64,000 nt of DNA from Lama guanicoe (Eukaryota): the NCBI GenBank assembly GCA_013239625.1, contig MU054120.1, forward strand, positions 248,001-312,000. Reading direction: 5' to 3'. Below are positions 26,651 to 41,063 of this stretch, one piece after another. The translations under genes were made by a program, and so were the position numbers. The notes under the pieces were generated by a model. That model saw only the letters and a list, made by a program, of their open reading frames with translations, did no database searches and was not told the origin of the DNA. Position 1 is the first letter of the stretch. Each line of letters begins with the position of its first letter.

Positions 26651-26965
26651 GTTTAGTTTTACTGTAAGGTTGCTATGTGTTTAAATATATGGCAACCTTC
26701 ATGACATGAAGTTTACAATATTTTACTTACCCTGAAATATTCCATGATAAATATATATTAAGAAACAGTGTTAAAAAACAGTAGAAATTGCATGTTAAAT
26801 TTATGTTTGAACGTAATGCAAAACCAGCAGGGCCACACAGTATTTTACTTAAAAATACCCTCATGGTTACCCGTGATAAGGCCTGGTGACATGCATGATA
26901 TATGAGAGCTGCTACATGAAACTGGTAGATTTCTGACTCAATCCTACTTTATTGCAGACTTGTTC

Positions 26966-26978
26966 CTTTTTTTTTCTT

Positions 26979-27010
<32 letters not shown>
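26966..27010. repeat. Poly(T) tract
   Basis: About 45 nt of nearly pure T. Confidence 0.9.
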
Positions 27011-27011
<1 letters not shown>

Positions 27012-28469
27012 GTTTTAAAATGGGCATATTTTCCTAGCTGACATCAAGAAATAAAACCCACCACAAAGAGAACTCTTACTCCCCAAGAACTGATGTAAAG
27101 CAGAGTACTTCTAATGGCCGCAATGCATCATAAATTCAAAACAAATTAGTGGCCATTAAGCCACAAGCTCCCCATCATTTGTGTTACAAATGATGCTTAG
27201 ACACCAGGCATGACTGGAACCACCTTTCATCTGAAGAATGATATTGACATTCTTCAGCCAAAGCACATTAAAATGATCCAATGAGACATACCGACTTCAG
27301 GAAAGATACAGCCTGTTGTGCTTGTGATAGAGTATTATTTAGATTTCCTGGCAGCAAACCGTTCCTTCCATTATAAAAACTACGTTTCTGAGGTAGAAAT
27401 TAAATATGTCTTGAATCAAAATGACTTTGCAGGAACCTCGTAGTGGCATACTATTTATACCTTAGCTGTTTGCCACCTAAATCACAAAGCACACAGAGCC
27501 CACTGCGGGTATATTCATGAGCTCTGAAAGACAACTTCGCTTTCATTTGTATATCATGTTTTAAATGGTTTTCAGGATGATTTAGCCATACAGGAAACGC
27601 ACTGGGCTTTATCACTGGTGTCGCAGAAAAGGAAACTTCCAGCTGAATTTTAAGAAACCAGAGAGTAATGCATGAATGTATGAATTTACAGCAATCTGTG
27701 AAGATTTTTAAAACATACGATTACAAACCTAATGAAACAGCTTTTCTTAATCGCTCCATAATTTTTCTTTCGAATATAACATTTGAACAATATCTAATTA
27801 CATAAATAAAAGGAAGAATTACAATGATCTAAACCATCAACATCCCCAAATCTGCAGAATCAACTGTAATCTTAAGGAAATTTCAGGACAATTTGTGATT
27901 TTAACCAGAATCTCTCAGATTATTGTGTGAATTCCCTCTCAGAAAGTCCAGTTTGAAGCAAAACAACTCACATCATTTGCATGTGGAGGATGTAAAGTCA
28001 CCTCTTAAGTATGTCTGTTCACCTCCCGGAGCCCTTCTGTGCCTCCTTTCTGTGGCCAACCTCAGGGATATTTTTCTCATATAAGTGAGAATAAACTGCA
28101 AACTTTTTCAACAAAGAATATTTAAAAAGTGATCTTTGCATAACTCTTAAAGAAATCAAGGCCTCATCTAACACTGTCTCTTTTGCAAAGCAGACGTTGG
28201 CAGGAGGGGTAAGGAGGCCGAGAGCTGAGCAGGCCAGGAGTCTAATTGGATTGAGCTCAAGCATGCGGTCACTCCAATGGAGTGAATGGCTGACGAGTTA
28301 CACACACGGGGAGGTCAGTGTAACACTGCTAAGCGTGCTAAGTGCTAATGAGGCTTCTCTCTAAATACGTGTGTGTTAGCAGCACTTTTTCAGTGCTGAA
28401 GACTTTCACTTTTTTGTTTATTCCATTTGACTTTTCACAACAATCTGCGACAAGTTAACATCACTAAAA

Positions 28470-28925
28470 TTGGAGGAAGGCAGTCAAAAATACTAGAACG
28501 TGATGTACAACATGATAAATATGATTAACACTACCGTGTGTTAGGGGGAGGTATAGCTCAGTGGTAGAGCACATGCTTAGCACGCACAAAGTCCTGGGTT
28601 CAATCCTCAGTACCGCCTCTAAAAATAAATAAATGAACCAAGTTACTTCCCACATTCCCTTCCCCTAGAAAAAGACTGAATTGTTATTTACCAAAAAAAA
28701 AAAAAAAGGAAAGCTAAGAGAGTAAATCCTAAGAGTTCCCATCACAAGCAAAAGATTTTTTATTTTTCTTTTCTTTGTCTCTATATGAGATGATGGATAT
28801 TGCCCAAAATTACTGTGGTCATCATTGCATGAAATATGTGAGTCAAATCATTATGTTCGTACCCCTTAAACTTACACAGTGTCCTATGTCAGTTATATCT
28901 CAATAAAACTGGAAAATGTTAAAAA
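28470..28925 (+). mobile_element. L1 3' end split by a SINE insertion
   Basis: ATGTACAACATGATAAATATGATTAACAC ... AAGAGAGTAAATCCTAAGAGTT...CCTTAAACTTACACAGTG...TATATCTCAATAAAACTGG. Confidence 0.8.
28544..28707 (+). mobile_element. tRNA-Ala-derived SINE (camelid Vic-1-like)
   Basis: GGGGGAGGTATAGCTCAGTGGTAGAGCACATGCTTAGC...GGTTCAATCC carries Pol III A and B boxes, followed by an AAAT-rich spacer and poly(A). Confidence 0.85.
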
Positions 28926-29129
28926 TGAGTATCCCTCAAAAATCATTATTTTGCAGTGGACAAAAATTCTCACATTGGCTCAAGGACTCACTTGCAATCA
29001 CACAGCTCCCAGGGGTGAGGCTGAGGTTTGACCCTATGACTTCTACCTTGAGATGAAATTCTCATTACAAATGCACATAAGTAGGAAACAGTATTTATTT
29101 AGGTTTTAGAAGAGCAGCACCCAGTCATT

Positions 29130-29620
29130 GTCAGAGGACTTTCTGGGCTGGGTGTGCATCACGTGATCTCAATGTAAACAGCCAAGAGCTGCATTCTAAC
29201 CACATCACAGATGAAGAGGTCAGGCTCAGACAGTTCAGGTGACTTGCCTGAGGGTCACACGGCTGACCAACAGAGGAGTAACGACTAGAATGGAGCCTTT
29301 TATTTTAAATCCAAAGTGCTTAGAGAGCCAATGAACTCAAGGATTGGAAAAAGGAGAGAGAACAGTTAATGAGACTTGTATCTGGGACTCATCCTGCTGC
29401 CGAGGACTTCAAAGCCCTGAGCTCGGGGCTGCGAGGCTGCTGTCCGAGGACCAGTCCTGTGATCTTCTCCCAGTCATTTAACCTCCTAAACTTCAGTTCT
29501 GTAACCTAGAAAATGGTGATCATATCCTTCCTCAAACTCACAAGGTGTCCAAAATTCAAATGCGGTCATTAATACACGTTAAAGAAGACTAGACACTTTT
29601 GAATGCTCGTCAAATATAAA
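29130..29620. mobile_element. Two MIR fragments in opposite orientation (about 29130-29320 minus; about 29410-29620 plus)
   Basis: ACAGATGAAGAGG..AGGCTCAGA..GTGACTTGCCTGAGGGTCACAC and CAGTCATTTAACCTCC..CTTCAGTT..AAAATGGTGAT. Confidence 0.6.
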
Positions 29621-31465
29621 ATGTTACTGTGTGTTTTGTCACTAAAGATTTTATGGAAAAGTCTCAAGGATAGCTTTTTATTTGATTAATACATTTTGAA
29701 AATATATAAGAATAAGATGTATATATCTAAACATGTTTGAGCTTGAATATTTTGCATTTAGTTTAATTTGCAGGGTGTAGTAATAAACTATTTATTATAT
29801 GAAAGGAATTAGACCAGCTTCCCCACCCCTCCTTTATGCCAAGACACTTGGCATAAAGATATTCAGGACCTGTGCAGCAGAAATTTAATAAACTTAATTG
29901 CTTGAGATTACATTTTCACGATTATTTATTTTGTGGAGTGATGTATTTTCCTCCCCTTTTGTTTCTAATCTGTTCACAAGCTCTCTATGGGCCTCGGGCT
30001 ATACGTAGGAAGACTGGATGGATAGACACTGCTGTAGGTGAACATAGGTGGAGAAGAGACTTCAGAATTTGAAAATCCCTTGGATCTATTAACAGAGTCA
30101 TGTGACAGCGGAACAGAAAAGTACTAAACCATCTCCTTCTGAAAAGCATTTCAAGAGAGCATTGCTGAGCACAGAAATGCCACGTGGAATCCGAATACTT
30201 CTGTTAATAAACCAGGAAAAGAAAAAGTAAAATATATGGACTTTGCCCTGAAACTTAGGCATAACGTTCTCTGTAATGTGGCCATCAATCTAGTGCTCTT
30301 TAGCTAAGACATTCTTGTGTCTTTTGGTGACTTCCTTGGTTTATTAAATACTATCGCTCTTTGCTTTACTCGTAATTCACTAATTTGCACCTAACACAAC
30401 AGCGAGTCTAACACATACTTACATGCTGACAGATCTAATTCTCACAGCTAAAACATATTTATATACTAGCCCAGAAATAGGGGAAATTATGGAAACTCCA
30501 GCAGTTTATCATTTTAGGAGCTGTGTTTCCTGGTTATTTCCAATTTTAGTGACTCCGATATTTTAGCACAAACGAGACTATCCATGTGGACGCAACTAAA
30601 AGATTGAGTTCTTTCTGGTAGGTGGTGCTGACAGACAGTCCTAAGTAAATGTGGGAGGATTTTTTTTTTCCCTTTTGTAATAGTAGCCCAAAGAACACTG
30701 ACAACAGTAAGGAAACGTGGTGGCAGTAAGTGGTGTGAGCACCTGCGAGGTAAGGCTTCGATCATTCCCAGTAGACGTGGAACTAACGGTTGAGGACCTC
30801 TGTCCTAAAATTTCAGTCCAAATTCCCACAAGTGCCTGGATCCCAGCTGCCATCTTTGTAGACAGTGTGAAGTCTATTTCCAAATGTGAAAGCTGGCAGG
30901 CCACCTACTACAACAAAAGTAGATCCCCAATAACTATCCATCATTTTAGAGAATGGAGAATGACTCTCTTCCCAACAGACTTCTAACTCTTCCCGTAGGA
31001 GCAGGCAACCGGCAGCGCTACCCAGGCACTGAAGTCAGCTATGGCGTCAGCAAGCCACCTGTGCCGCTTGGAAGCTATGCTGAACTTGTCCTGAACCATC
31101 GCTCCGCCTTCAGATGCCTACTTTTGATCCGGCCAAGTTTAAGTGACGAATAGCAACTAGGTCTAGGTGAAACGTTAATGAAACCAATCTGTTTACAAGG
31201 TGAGGTTCCACGCCCCCGTCACATGATTATTTTAAAACTTGTAAAGGCATGTGATTACTAAGACCTTTTATCTAGAGAAGTCTTCAACGTAACTCGGATG
31301 GAAAAAAAAAAAGCTGGACTTCTTCTAGACAAAGGTGAGTCATCAAAGCTTTAGCGTTCACAGATAATTAAAGAATTAAGGCTATAAAATTATAATCAAA
31401 TGAGAAGAATAAAAATATCAAATGAATAATCATATGGGAATTAGAAAATGACATTTAATAAAAAG

Positions 31466-31500
31466 AGACGAGAGAGAGAGAGAGAGAGAGAAAGAGAGTG
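31466..31500. repeat. (GA)n microsatellite
   Basis: Direct observation. Confidence 0.9.
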
Positions 31501-32969
31501 TGAAGACACCAATTTCCCAAACAATTATTTTTCTTCTTTTGTCCCAGAGGACTTACGTGAAGTAAAAAATCATAAAGAGATGAGGGGAACAGGAAGGGAA
31601 GTACTCACTTGGCCTGCCCGGTAATCAGCATGGTGAGTTACAATACAAACAGATACCCTTGCCTCCTGTGGGTTTTCTGACACTGTATAGATTTTAACAG
31701 TAAGCTTAATATTAAGAACAATGACTTTAATGGGAAAACTGGATAATTATGAATTTAATTATCCAAACTGCACACAGACGTGACTAATGAGAATGTGTTG
31801 AGTATCCAGTGGTGACACATACGGGGCATGACTTCAACTTAATGACACCGCTAACAGTCTGACGTGGACAAGCACTCTGCAATTTCTAACTTACAAAAGT
31901 AAATTAAGAGGCAAAAAAGACAAAAATCCCAAACATCTAAGTAGGGCATGTTTCTATTTGATACTTCCTTATTTCAGAAGCTGGTAAATTTTCAGAATTT
32001 TTAGGTGTCTGTGTTCTTGTATAATACAAAAACAAAAGGACGTCCCAATGTGTAGAAGTGCGTGTTCCTTCAGGGTGAAGACGGCTGAATATCGCCCTAC
32101 AGATCTCACGATGTGGTATTCATGATCTCAGACCCTCCTGGTGGTGGGCTCTGGGTCTGGTAGGCTCAAAGACTATTTTTGCCAGCAATCTACAGCATAT
32201 CCATCTCCTCCGGGCAAACTCACACTGACCATCCACCATGCAGGTTCAAGCCACTGTTACTTATTGACAGACTGTTACAGAGCTAAAGAGCTGCTTGCAG
32301 CCACCAGGCATACACCTTGCATAGCTAAGAGGAGACTATGCAGTGGGCGCCACCATGTCACCAAAGGAGACACTGAGGAACAGAGAACTAGAACGAGTGA
32401 GTGCCCACGCCCTTCTATCAGCCCAGCTAGCCTCACTGTATACTTCAAATTCCTGTCCATCCTGATCAGCCCAGCGGGCACCTCTCACATCCCTTCTGCT
32501 CTATCAGATCCGTCACCCAATGCTCTCTACTTTCCGCCTTTCTGCTGCACACTCTGGAGCGCCCATTCTCTTGTTTGCTTTTTGTTGGTTTGGCTTTTTT
32601 GAGTGTCACGGCTGTTCCATGATAAAACTGCTTCCCTTGATGCCCTTTCAGCTAGAAGCTGCTCTATCTCTCAACCAAGCACTCAGGCCCACGAGGCGCA
32701 CGCATGTTCTCCGTTTCCTATCAGCCTCGAAACTCGATCCACCTTTGCCCTTCCTTTGATAAACTTCTGCTTCTCTGAAGCTGTTTCCATCGAGTTATAG
32801 CAGCCTCTCCAGCCTGCTCCTCGCTCTTGTCTTTTGGCATGTGGGTCTTACCCACTGTCACGGCTGGCTCGTGGCTGAGTCGGTCTCTGCTTCAGCCATT
32901 TGTCTTGAGGACGTCAGTATACACACGGCTTTGCAGTTGCTTGACCTTTCTATTTCCTCTGATCTTTTG

Positions 32970-33205
32970 GCTTTTCTTCCTTCCTTCCTTCCTCCCTCCC
33001 TTCCTCTTTCTTTCTCTTTCTCTCCCCTTTCTTTCTTTCTCTTTCTTTCTTTCTCTTTCTTTCTCTCTTTCTTTCTTTCTTTCTTTCTTTCTCTCTTTCT
33101 CTCTTTCTTTCTTTCTTCCTTCCTTCCTTCCTTCCTTCCTTCCTTCCTTCCTTCCTTCCTTCCTTCCTCTTTTTCTCTTTCTTTCTCTTTCTTTCTTTCT
33201 TTTTT
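32970..33205. repeat. Compound (TTCC)n/(TTTC)n/(TC)n polypyrimidine microsatellite, about 235 bp
   Basis: Uninterrupted C/T run. Confidence 0.95.
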
Positions 33206-33209
33206 GGTT

Positions 33210-34250
33210 GAATTTTACCTCAATGATGCACTTAATGGTGATGAACTGAAACTTGTCATCAACCAACATGGTGCTTCCTTCCCCCTCAATTCAAACGTAA
33301 ACATCCTGCTCACCAACTCACTCTCACTCCTGCTATTAACAATTTCTCAGTCTTATCAATGTCTCCAATCCATAGATGCTACTTTTCCCCCCTCTAACCT
33401 CCAACATTTTGCAAGCTCTCTACATTTCTTTCCCTTGCAGAACTTAAATTGGATGGCTGCTGCTTATAACAGTTCCTTCGACAGCACCCTTGCGTCATTT
33501 ACTCCTTTGCCCGTAATGTCACCTGGAAAATACCTGAGGATGAGCTCGCGCGTATCCCCTTTCCCACACCCACACTGAAGATCTGAGAACTGCTGCAGAA
33601 AAGGCATAAACCCGTCCTGACTGGTGCTTTCAATTTCACGATCGCAAGCTTCAGATGGCGTCTCAGCAGTGTCCCAACACTGCCGTAGTATTTTTCTAGC
33701 AATCCAGCTTTGCCACTGTTTCAGAATTCACATACCACTCCCTCTGCCCTTGGAACACCTGTCCTCCCTCCTCTGGTACCAACTCCCCACAGTCAGCCTA
33801 TGGAGACCAGAGAAGTCGCACCAGAGAGTAACTCACCTTTTCATGTCTAAAGACCCCACTCGACTTAAACACGCTCTCCTATTCCTTCTCAATGCAGCAT
33901 TTATACCCACCTCTCATTTTCAATGATCTTTCTAACAAAAGCATAGTACTCAGTATCAGCTAAAGTTCCTTCACCACTGGACAGTGTTGGCTAGACACCG
34001 GCAGGTTTGGCCTCAGGACCTCTCCTTTCAATAATGCTTCTTATTAAATGAATTTAGTACGATTACTGCAGCCTCAACGTCCTTTCTTATTAAGGTGACT
34101 TTGCATATCTCTGTTCTTACACACTGGCCGTAAAGTACACATCTCTGGACAATCTTATTTCTGAGCACTGTATCACATCAAGCTCCCAAATTTCTTTTTC
34201 AGAGATGTAAGTAATGATTACTGACTGGTGAGTATGAGGAGGGGCTGAAT
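33210..34250 (+). mobile_element. Degraded L2 ORF2-region remnant
   Basis: C/T-rich L2-like sequence (acagcacccttgc...ctcctttgccc; gcagaaaaggcataaacc..tgactgg..aatttcacgatc); no intact ORF. Confidence 0.45.
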
Positions 34251-36913
34251 TGAGGGTACTAGGTCTTAGGACAGGAAAATGAGACAGAGCACACCCTGTA
34301 CCATCACAGCCAGACACCCTGACAGCCCGAAGACGGAGGATCCAAGACTAGAAATCAGGTTTCCTGGTGCCCAGTTGGGTATCCCTTTAATTTTTCAATG
34401 TCATTTACTAACTTTCTCACTATTAACATAGTCATGAAAATCTAGCGGATCAGAAATTGGTCAATAATATGTTAGACCATTCAATTTGGTATCAAGCTAC
34501 CTAAAGGGCAGTGAGAACAATGATAAAGAACATAGTTCTTGAAATCAGTATCTTTTCCCCTCTCTTTGTTTTTGATCTCTCTACCTTTTCTTTCCTTTCT
34601 ATCTTTTAAACTGGAGCATCTACTCAAAAGCCATATGCTTAATATGTCTTTCAATCTATCAATCGGTATATAAAACTTCACATATTCTGCTTTCAAAACA
34701 GTAAAAATAATAGCTACAAAACACTCTTTGGTCAATTGGAAAAAGCTTTATACACCAAAGACCTTTCCCTGGAGTTTCAAGTTGCTTTTATTTTCTCCAT
34801 TAATGCCGCTGGAATTCAGGGTAACCTTCGGGCAATCGTGGGTCCCAGGCCACCCAAATTAGCCACGTGTACTCATTCCTTCCTATAACTGAGATAACGT
34901 TCAACGTGGTCAGGTGAAAAATTAGATTCAGGGGGAAAATGCTTCCGAACTCTACCCAGTAACTGATGGTTATGATCCCTTCCCTATATCCTGAGCTTTA
35001 TTGGGATGGGTTAGTTCACATTCTCTCTGTGGTCTGTGCAGACCACACCAAACACGACGTGATAACTTGAGTCACCTCTCTGGAAAGAAAGATGTTATGT
35101 ATTGAACAGTGCAAGTCAACTGTCAACACTCAAAAAATAAATTACAATAATAAGAGCAAGTAGGAGGCAGTTCAGGGAGAGACAAGTGAAATGTCTAAAA
35201 GGCTAAGGGACTGATTTATGAGCGATGCTTAAGAGGACGAAAGATGGGTAGCTCGATCACACAGCACTAAGGGGGGTGATGGAACAATAGCTCTTATTTT
35301 TTGAAAGGTTTAAACATATTTAAAGGTAAAAGCATTTCTTACTCGTCAAGTAGGATAATAATAATCACAATATAGCTGACATTTCTTCAGCACAATTTTC
35401 AAAATACATGTGACATATCTCAGAGTATAATTAACCAGTACAGGAATTATTTGAAATCCATGAAACATGTTTTTGGTGGTGAAATAATTTGACCAAGGAG
35501 AGTCATTTCCAATAGAAGAACGTTCTTACTATTTTTCAACAGGGAGATTGGCCTAAGAAGGAGAAATGATCCTGAAGGCATGGAAGGTGACACCACAAGA
35601 GCCTGGAAGTCAGAAGCAGGAGTTCTCGTCCCACCACTGCTACCCTCTCTGGCTTTTGGAAAACTCACACATTTCTTGGTCTGTTTTTCATCTGTAACGA
35701 AAAGCAGCAGCAGAGTAAAAGGACCTTCCTTCACTTTGTAAAGGCTATAAATTCATGCAATTATGAGTCAAAGTGTGAAATGTTTCTTGAAATAATATTA
35801 AATTATATGGAGTTGGAAGTGGATTTTAGCTGTTGAATGTTTAGCGTTCAGTGGTAAACTGCACTGATAACGTGACATGAAGAACTCATTAGCAACCTCC
35901 TGCCTATTTAGTCACAAATACGAGCAAAGAATTATTCCCTTATCGCTGTGATTAAATATGGATGCATTCTTGAGGAAAAGTATTTATTCAACGATATTTC
36001 TGGAGATACACTATTTTTCTTTAGCCTTGGAATTTCACTAGCTATCGTTTTTAAAGCAATTTATTACACAGTAGGAAGTATCCTACACTTTGCATAACTT
36101 ATCCAATTTACTGATATTTTCAAAAACAAAAAATGTTCGATGACATTATTAACTGCTTGTAATGCCCCACATAATTAAATTACAGAGTCACACTTATGTC
36201 TTTAATTCTAGCCACCCCCCTTTTTTTTGCAGCTTGATAATTATCTCAGATAGTCATCTGCAAGCACCCAGCTGGTACCAGCAAGTCTATTACAAGTTCT
36301 ATCATATAAAACACAACATATATTCACTTGGGAAGTAACAAATCAGATTAGCAAGTTCAAATGTAGTTCTTTTCTATCTGTCTATAATTGTCATAAAAAA
36401 TTTGATGATGAACCTCAAGAAAGATTTCAAATGTGTTTTTTTACGCACCTTGTCAATATTAATGTTACGGCTCTTATTTAATAATTTTATCTTCTTCTTT
36501 CCTTATGGATGCATGCATGCACCTGAAAACTGACACTGAACTACGACACGGAGCTCAGCTTTCAGGGGAGACAAGTGATATGTGCTTTGGCTGATGTGAA
36601 AGGTGAAACAGCAACCCGCTTCACCACATTAACAGGACCATCACTGAATCCCCAGCACAAGAGTGAGAGGAACACAAAAGCTGTATTGAGGATCTAAAGG
36701 AAGTTGCTCTGCACTTCCATGGCCTTTCAGGCTTTTCTGCCCACAATTTCCTTAGAAAGTATATATGACTGCTTATGGAGCTAATGAGGAGTCAGTAACA
36801 TTAAAGTCATATAGCTAGGTATCTATGAAATAGACATTATTTGTAATACATTTTTATCTCCACAATTACATTTTTCATTGTCAGTTTTTATAACCTGCAT
36901 GCCTGTTGAGAAA

Positions 36914-36953
36914 TGAAAAAGAAGAAGGATGAAAAAGAAGAAGGATGAAAAAA
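36914..36953. repeat. 16-bp tandem duplication (GAAAAAGAAGAAGGAT x2)
   Basis: Direct observation. Confidence 0.85.
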
Positions 36954-37814
36954 CTGTTGCGAAAAAACATCCACTAACTATAAGTGGAGAAATGCTTCTC
37001 ATATACATAAAAAGGAAGTGGCAATTTTTAAAAAAGCAATACAAACGGGAACAACAGTTGAAACCAACTACAATTTTAGAACTTTGCAGCAGAAAGTAGC
37101 TGAAGGACGTTCAGAATTTATAAGAGCATTTTCCGTAAATTTACACTGTGACCTCGTAATCGCACACAAAGTCACGTTATGCAATGCTTTGCACTCAACT
37201 GTCCCACCTTTCCACGTTTTATGTTATGGGAATGAATTAATTTCAAATATGGTCTCTGCTGACATTATACAAAAACACCGATTCTTTCTAAACATTTCAA
37301 ATCCTCTCTGTCCTCCAGGAAGTCTTGCTGTTCCACTTTATGCCAACGATTCCTTTGACCACAGTGGGGCTATCTTTTATTTCTTTTCTCTGCCCTCACA
37401 TTCCTGTCATTAGAAGAATCACACAGATTTAATAATTTCTACTTCTCATTTTTCCTAACTGGATGGAGCTCCTTGTCCACCCATGTCTCTTTTTCACTTT
37501 GGGGCATCAGTATCTAGCATAATTCCTGGTACACAGGAGAGCTCAATACATGTTAAGTGAAAGAAGAAAACATGAAAAGAGGCATTTGGCTTCTGAGAAA
37601 GTAGGTAACCCTGAAAAAATCACACAGCACTGAACAGCATAGCCAGAAAGAGAACCCAGTCCTTCCTGGCCTATTTCATGATGATTACAGTAATTCTGAA
37701 AACGGTCCATTTGTTCATTCCTTCAAAACGTTAAGCATCTCGTATGTGCCAGGGGTTACCCCTGCTCCCATGAGGTTTATATTCCAGTCGGCGGTTGGAA
37801 GTTTACCCTGGAAA

Positions 37815-38025
37815 CCTGTGCCGCCCAACAGGGTAGCCATTAGCCAACTGAGGCCTTTACAATTTTAAATTAAAATAAAATACAATAAAATTTCATTTGC
37901 TTTGTCAAACTAAATTCACATCAGGTGTCCAAGAGCCACCTGTGGCTAGTAGGTGACGTATGTTGGACAATCAGATTTAAAGGACGTTTGTGTCGTCACA
38001 GAAAGCTCTAGGGCAGAGCACCGTT
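37815..38025. mobile_element. MER3/MER33-like hAT-Charlie element
   Basis: GGTAGCCATTAGCCA...AGCCACCTGTGGCTAGT...TGTTGGACA...ACAGAAAGCTCTA. Confidence 0.65.
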
Positions 38026-41000
38026 CCAACAAAAACTAAGCAATAGTGACAAGCACGACAGCGGGGGACGTCGTGCAAACACAGAGGACAGACCTGTGTG
38101 GATGTGATGCTGAAACGCTGGACAGGAGCTCTAGACGGCCTCTGTCTTTTCTGTTACAACAAAGTATCTGGGTTGGAATCCACAACGCTCTCCAATTTTG
38201 TGGAGAAAACACGAAAGCTTCCAGGGGATAGGAAACGTGCTTCAACTGGAAACAGGACATTCCCAGCCTACCTGCCTTCAAAGTTATACCTTCCCCTCCG
38301 TTACCTGAGTGACAGAAGACGTTCACACTAACATGACCGGTCCTTGTCAAGAACAGGAAGGCATTATTTCTCTGGGCATGACAACTCATTATGCCTTCAC
38401 AGGACTGTGTCCTATTTCAAGAAAACACAGACCCAGTTCATGAATGTGTGCTGTAAGGGAAAAATATGACCTAAAAAGAAATTTTAGTCTACTATAAATA
38501 CGTAAATAACAGTAACACAAGAAAATCCCACACTAGGACAGATCTGCTCTCCTTCCAATTCTGTATTCTTTTGACAGTGATGCTGTCACGCACTTGATGG
38601 AATACGTGGCTTTTGCACATTTACCCCAAACTGGAGATCAGGGGGAGAAGATAAGGTTCTTGTATCACTAAAGCAGAAGAGTGAACAGAAACAAGAGCTC
38701 CAAAGTCAGACAGACCAAGGTACGAGTCCTGTTTCCAATATTCCCTTGAAAGAGCACCATGCTATCTTAGTACCTTCACAGTTCAGCAACCCCAGTAAGG
38801 GTGACCTGCTGTGGAATATTTATTGAATACCTTTGTTTCCATTTATAGCTGGATCTATCATTCACGAATTTATCTAAAATTTGGTTCTGTTAAAATTTTG
38901 GCTTAATTCGTTTTTTATTGAGATCACAAATTCTATTGGATTGCCATTCTCATAAAATTTCTTTTTCAGGCTGTCTTGGGCCCTCTTTTTCCTTCTCGTC
39001 TCTCACTGCAATTCCAATATTGTGGAATTTGATTACATCTACTGACATAATCCATACCCTTCAAGACTTCAGACTGTTTTATTATCTCTCTTCTTAGGCT
39101 TGGTATTTCCACTGTATAAAGACAAAATCCGATTTGTCTGTTTTGGAAGAAGAGATGGTCTCTATTTCAGAAACAAACACAGACTCACAAATATGTTTCC
39201 GATCCTTTCAGCTTCTGTTTTGAATTTTCTCTGGCTGCATTATGTTACCAAGGATGATGCTCACTTGGGGTACACGTTGTGATAAAATCTGTTCAGACAA
39301 TATGCAGCCGCTCAGCAGAAGACGATGACACACATGGCTCCTCTGCACTTACACGGTTTTGTGCCTCATGCCTCCAACGTGAGGTAGCTTTTCTCAGACT
39401 ATTGCACTGCAACAGCCAAGAAATGAGAGGAGAGAAACCTAGACTCTAGAACATTAAGCCTGGACTAATGCTAAAACATCTAATTTAGATACTGTCTAGA
39501 AGAAAGCTAGGCAAAGTGTGGTCACAGTAATAGAAAAATGGGTCTTTTTTTCCCTTACTTCTACAATTCTTTTAGGTTGAAATCAAAGGCAAAGTTAGTT
39601 TTATCATATAACTTTCCTTAATCCGTTTTTCCCATTCTCCACACTGGAGATGCTGTGCAGGCCTTTGGATAATTGTGAGTTTTCTAAACAGCTTGAATAA
39701 GCTCAGTGCCAGAGCGCGGCCTTCACGTCACACACACACAGGTTTGCACGGTGAGTATGTTTGCCCAGTGAAACGCATCATTCTTTCTCACGGTGTTTAA
39801 TTAGGGGGATAAACTAATCAACAGAGAGTTCAGAGACACACGTTCATGAAAAGAAAAATGGACATTTGATTTATGAGAAGCTGAAGCAGAGAAGTATTTA
39901 GTAACTGGCTACGATTACTCCGCTAGCAAGTGCCATCACTGCAGTCAGCACCGCCGAGTCCAAGTCCACGCCCTAAACCGCTATTGCACTGTGTTACTCT
40001 GCCCCTTAAAAAAACAAAGGCAAAAAAGGATTTCTTTTGTTTGAGGATTTCGTAAAAATATCAGTTACTCATCTTTGAAAGTTTCTGGTATATTTGCACA
40101 TACGTATTAAAAATCAGCGTTAAGCACTACAAGACGCAGAAACAGACTGCCAGCCAGAAAGGGAGCATCTCTCAGAGAAACGTAACAAACAGTTGTAGCT
40201 GGAAGGCCGTGAATATTATGTAAGTATCGTTGAAGGTAAAACTAATATTCAGTATTTAGCTAATTTAATTTAGGACCTATTAAATTCATTCAATGGTAGA
40301 TATTTATGACTTAGCTAAAGCAACAGAAACCTGCAGTCTGAAACCAAATGGAACTTCAGATTCTTGGTGGCATGTATTTTCCTGCCACTCCTGCTGGCTC
40401 CCCAAGGGAAGCTGAATGACTGCAGGAAATGCAGAACCAAGAAAGCATTTCTATTTTCAATCTTGTTTCTTCACAAATAGAAAAGGTCTGTATCTGCTAA
40501 TTATTCAACATTAATGAAGGAAATATTCCTTCATTAACCCGAACAGAATAAAACTAGTAAAAGAGACAAAGTAGGAGGTAAAATACAAAGTGAATAAAAA
40601 TGTTTTCCTTTTTCTCTCCCACGTGTATATTTTGGACTGTGTGTAGTACCCAGGGGCCAGGCTATTTGTCAGGAAAACGCATGAATTGCCTGAAGCTTCC
40701 AGTTCCACTGTGTTTCAACTAATATGAGAGCCAATTTTAAGGCGCAGAGGTTATCCTGTCCTTGGAAAGTTTTATTCAGTTTCTAAAACACATCATGTTT
40801 GATTTAAGAAACACCTTTAAGTAATATCTTTGCCACAACGTAAAGGAACTTAATATCATTTCTTGATAGGAACAGTGCTCATGAACAAAGCTGATAGTTA
40901 TTTCATCTTAGTCATTTCATCACACTTGTTTTCTTCATCTGAAAAGGCAAAGTGAACTCTCCATAGATATTTTACATATATTTTAAACTAATCATGAAAT

Positions 41001-41063
41001 ACTTCTCATAACCCAGAAGCATTTGCAAGGTTAAAGACAACCTCTAAAGTATTCAAAGACATT

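Noticed and set aside
28544..28618. Possible tRNA-Ala gene (also 41135-41210, minus strand)
   Set aside because: Stems are imperfect, a SINE tail and poly(A) follow, and one copy has a TSD; these are SINEs.
32827..33578. ORFs of 125-245 aa (F/L/S-rich or K/E/R-rich)
   Set aside because: They are translations of the TTCC/TTTC microsatellite.
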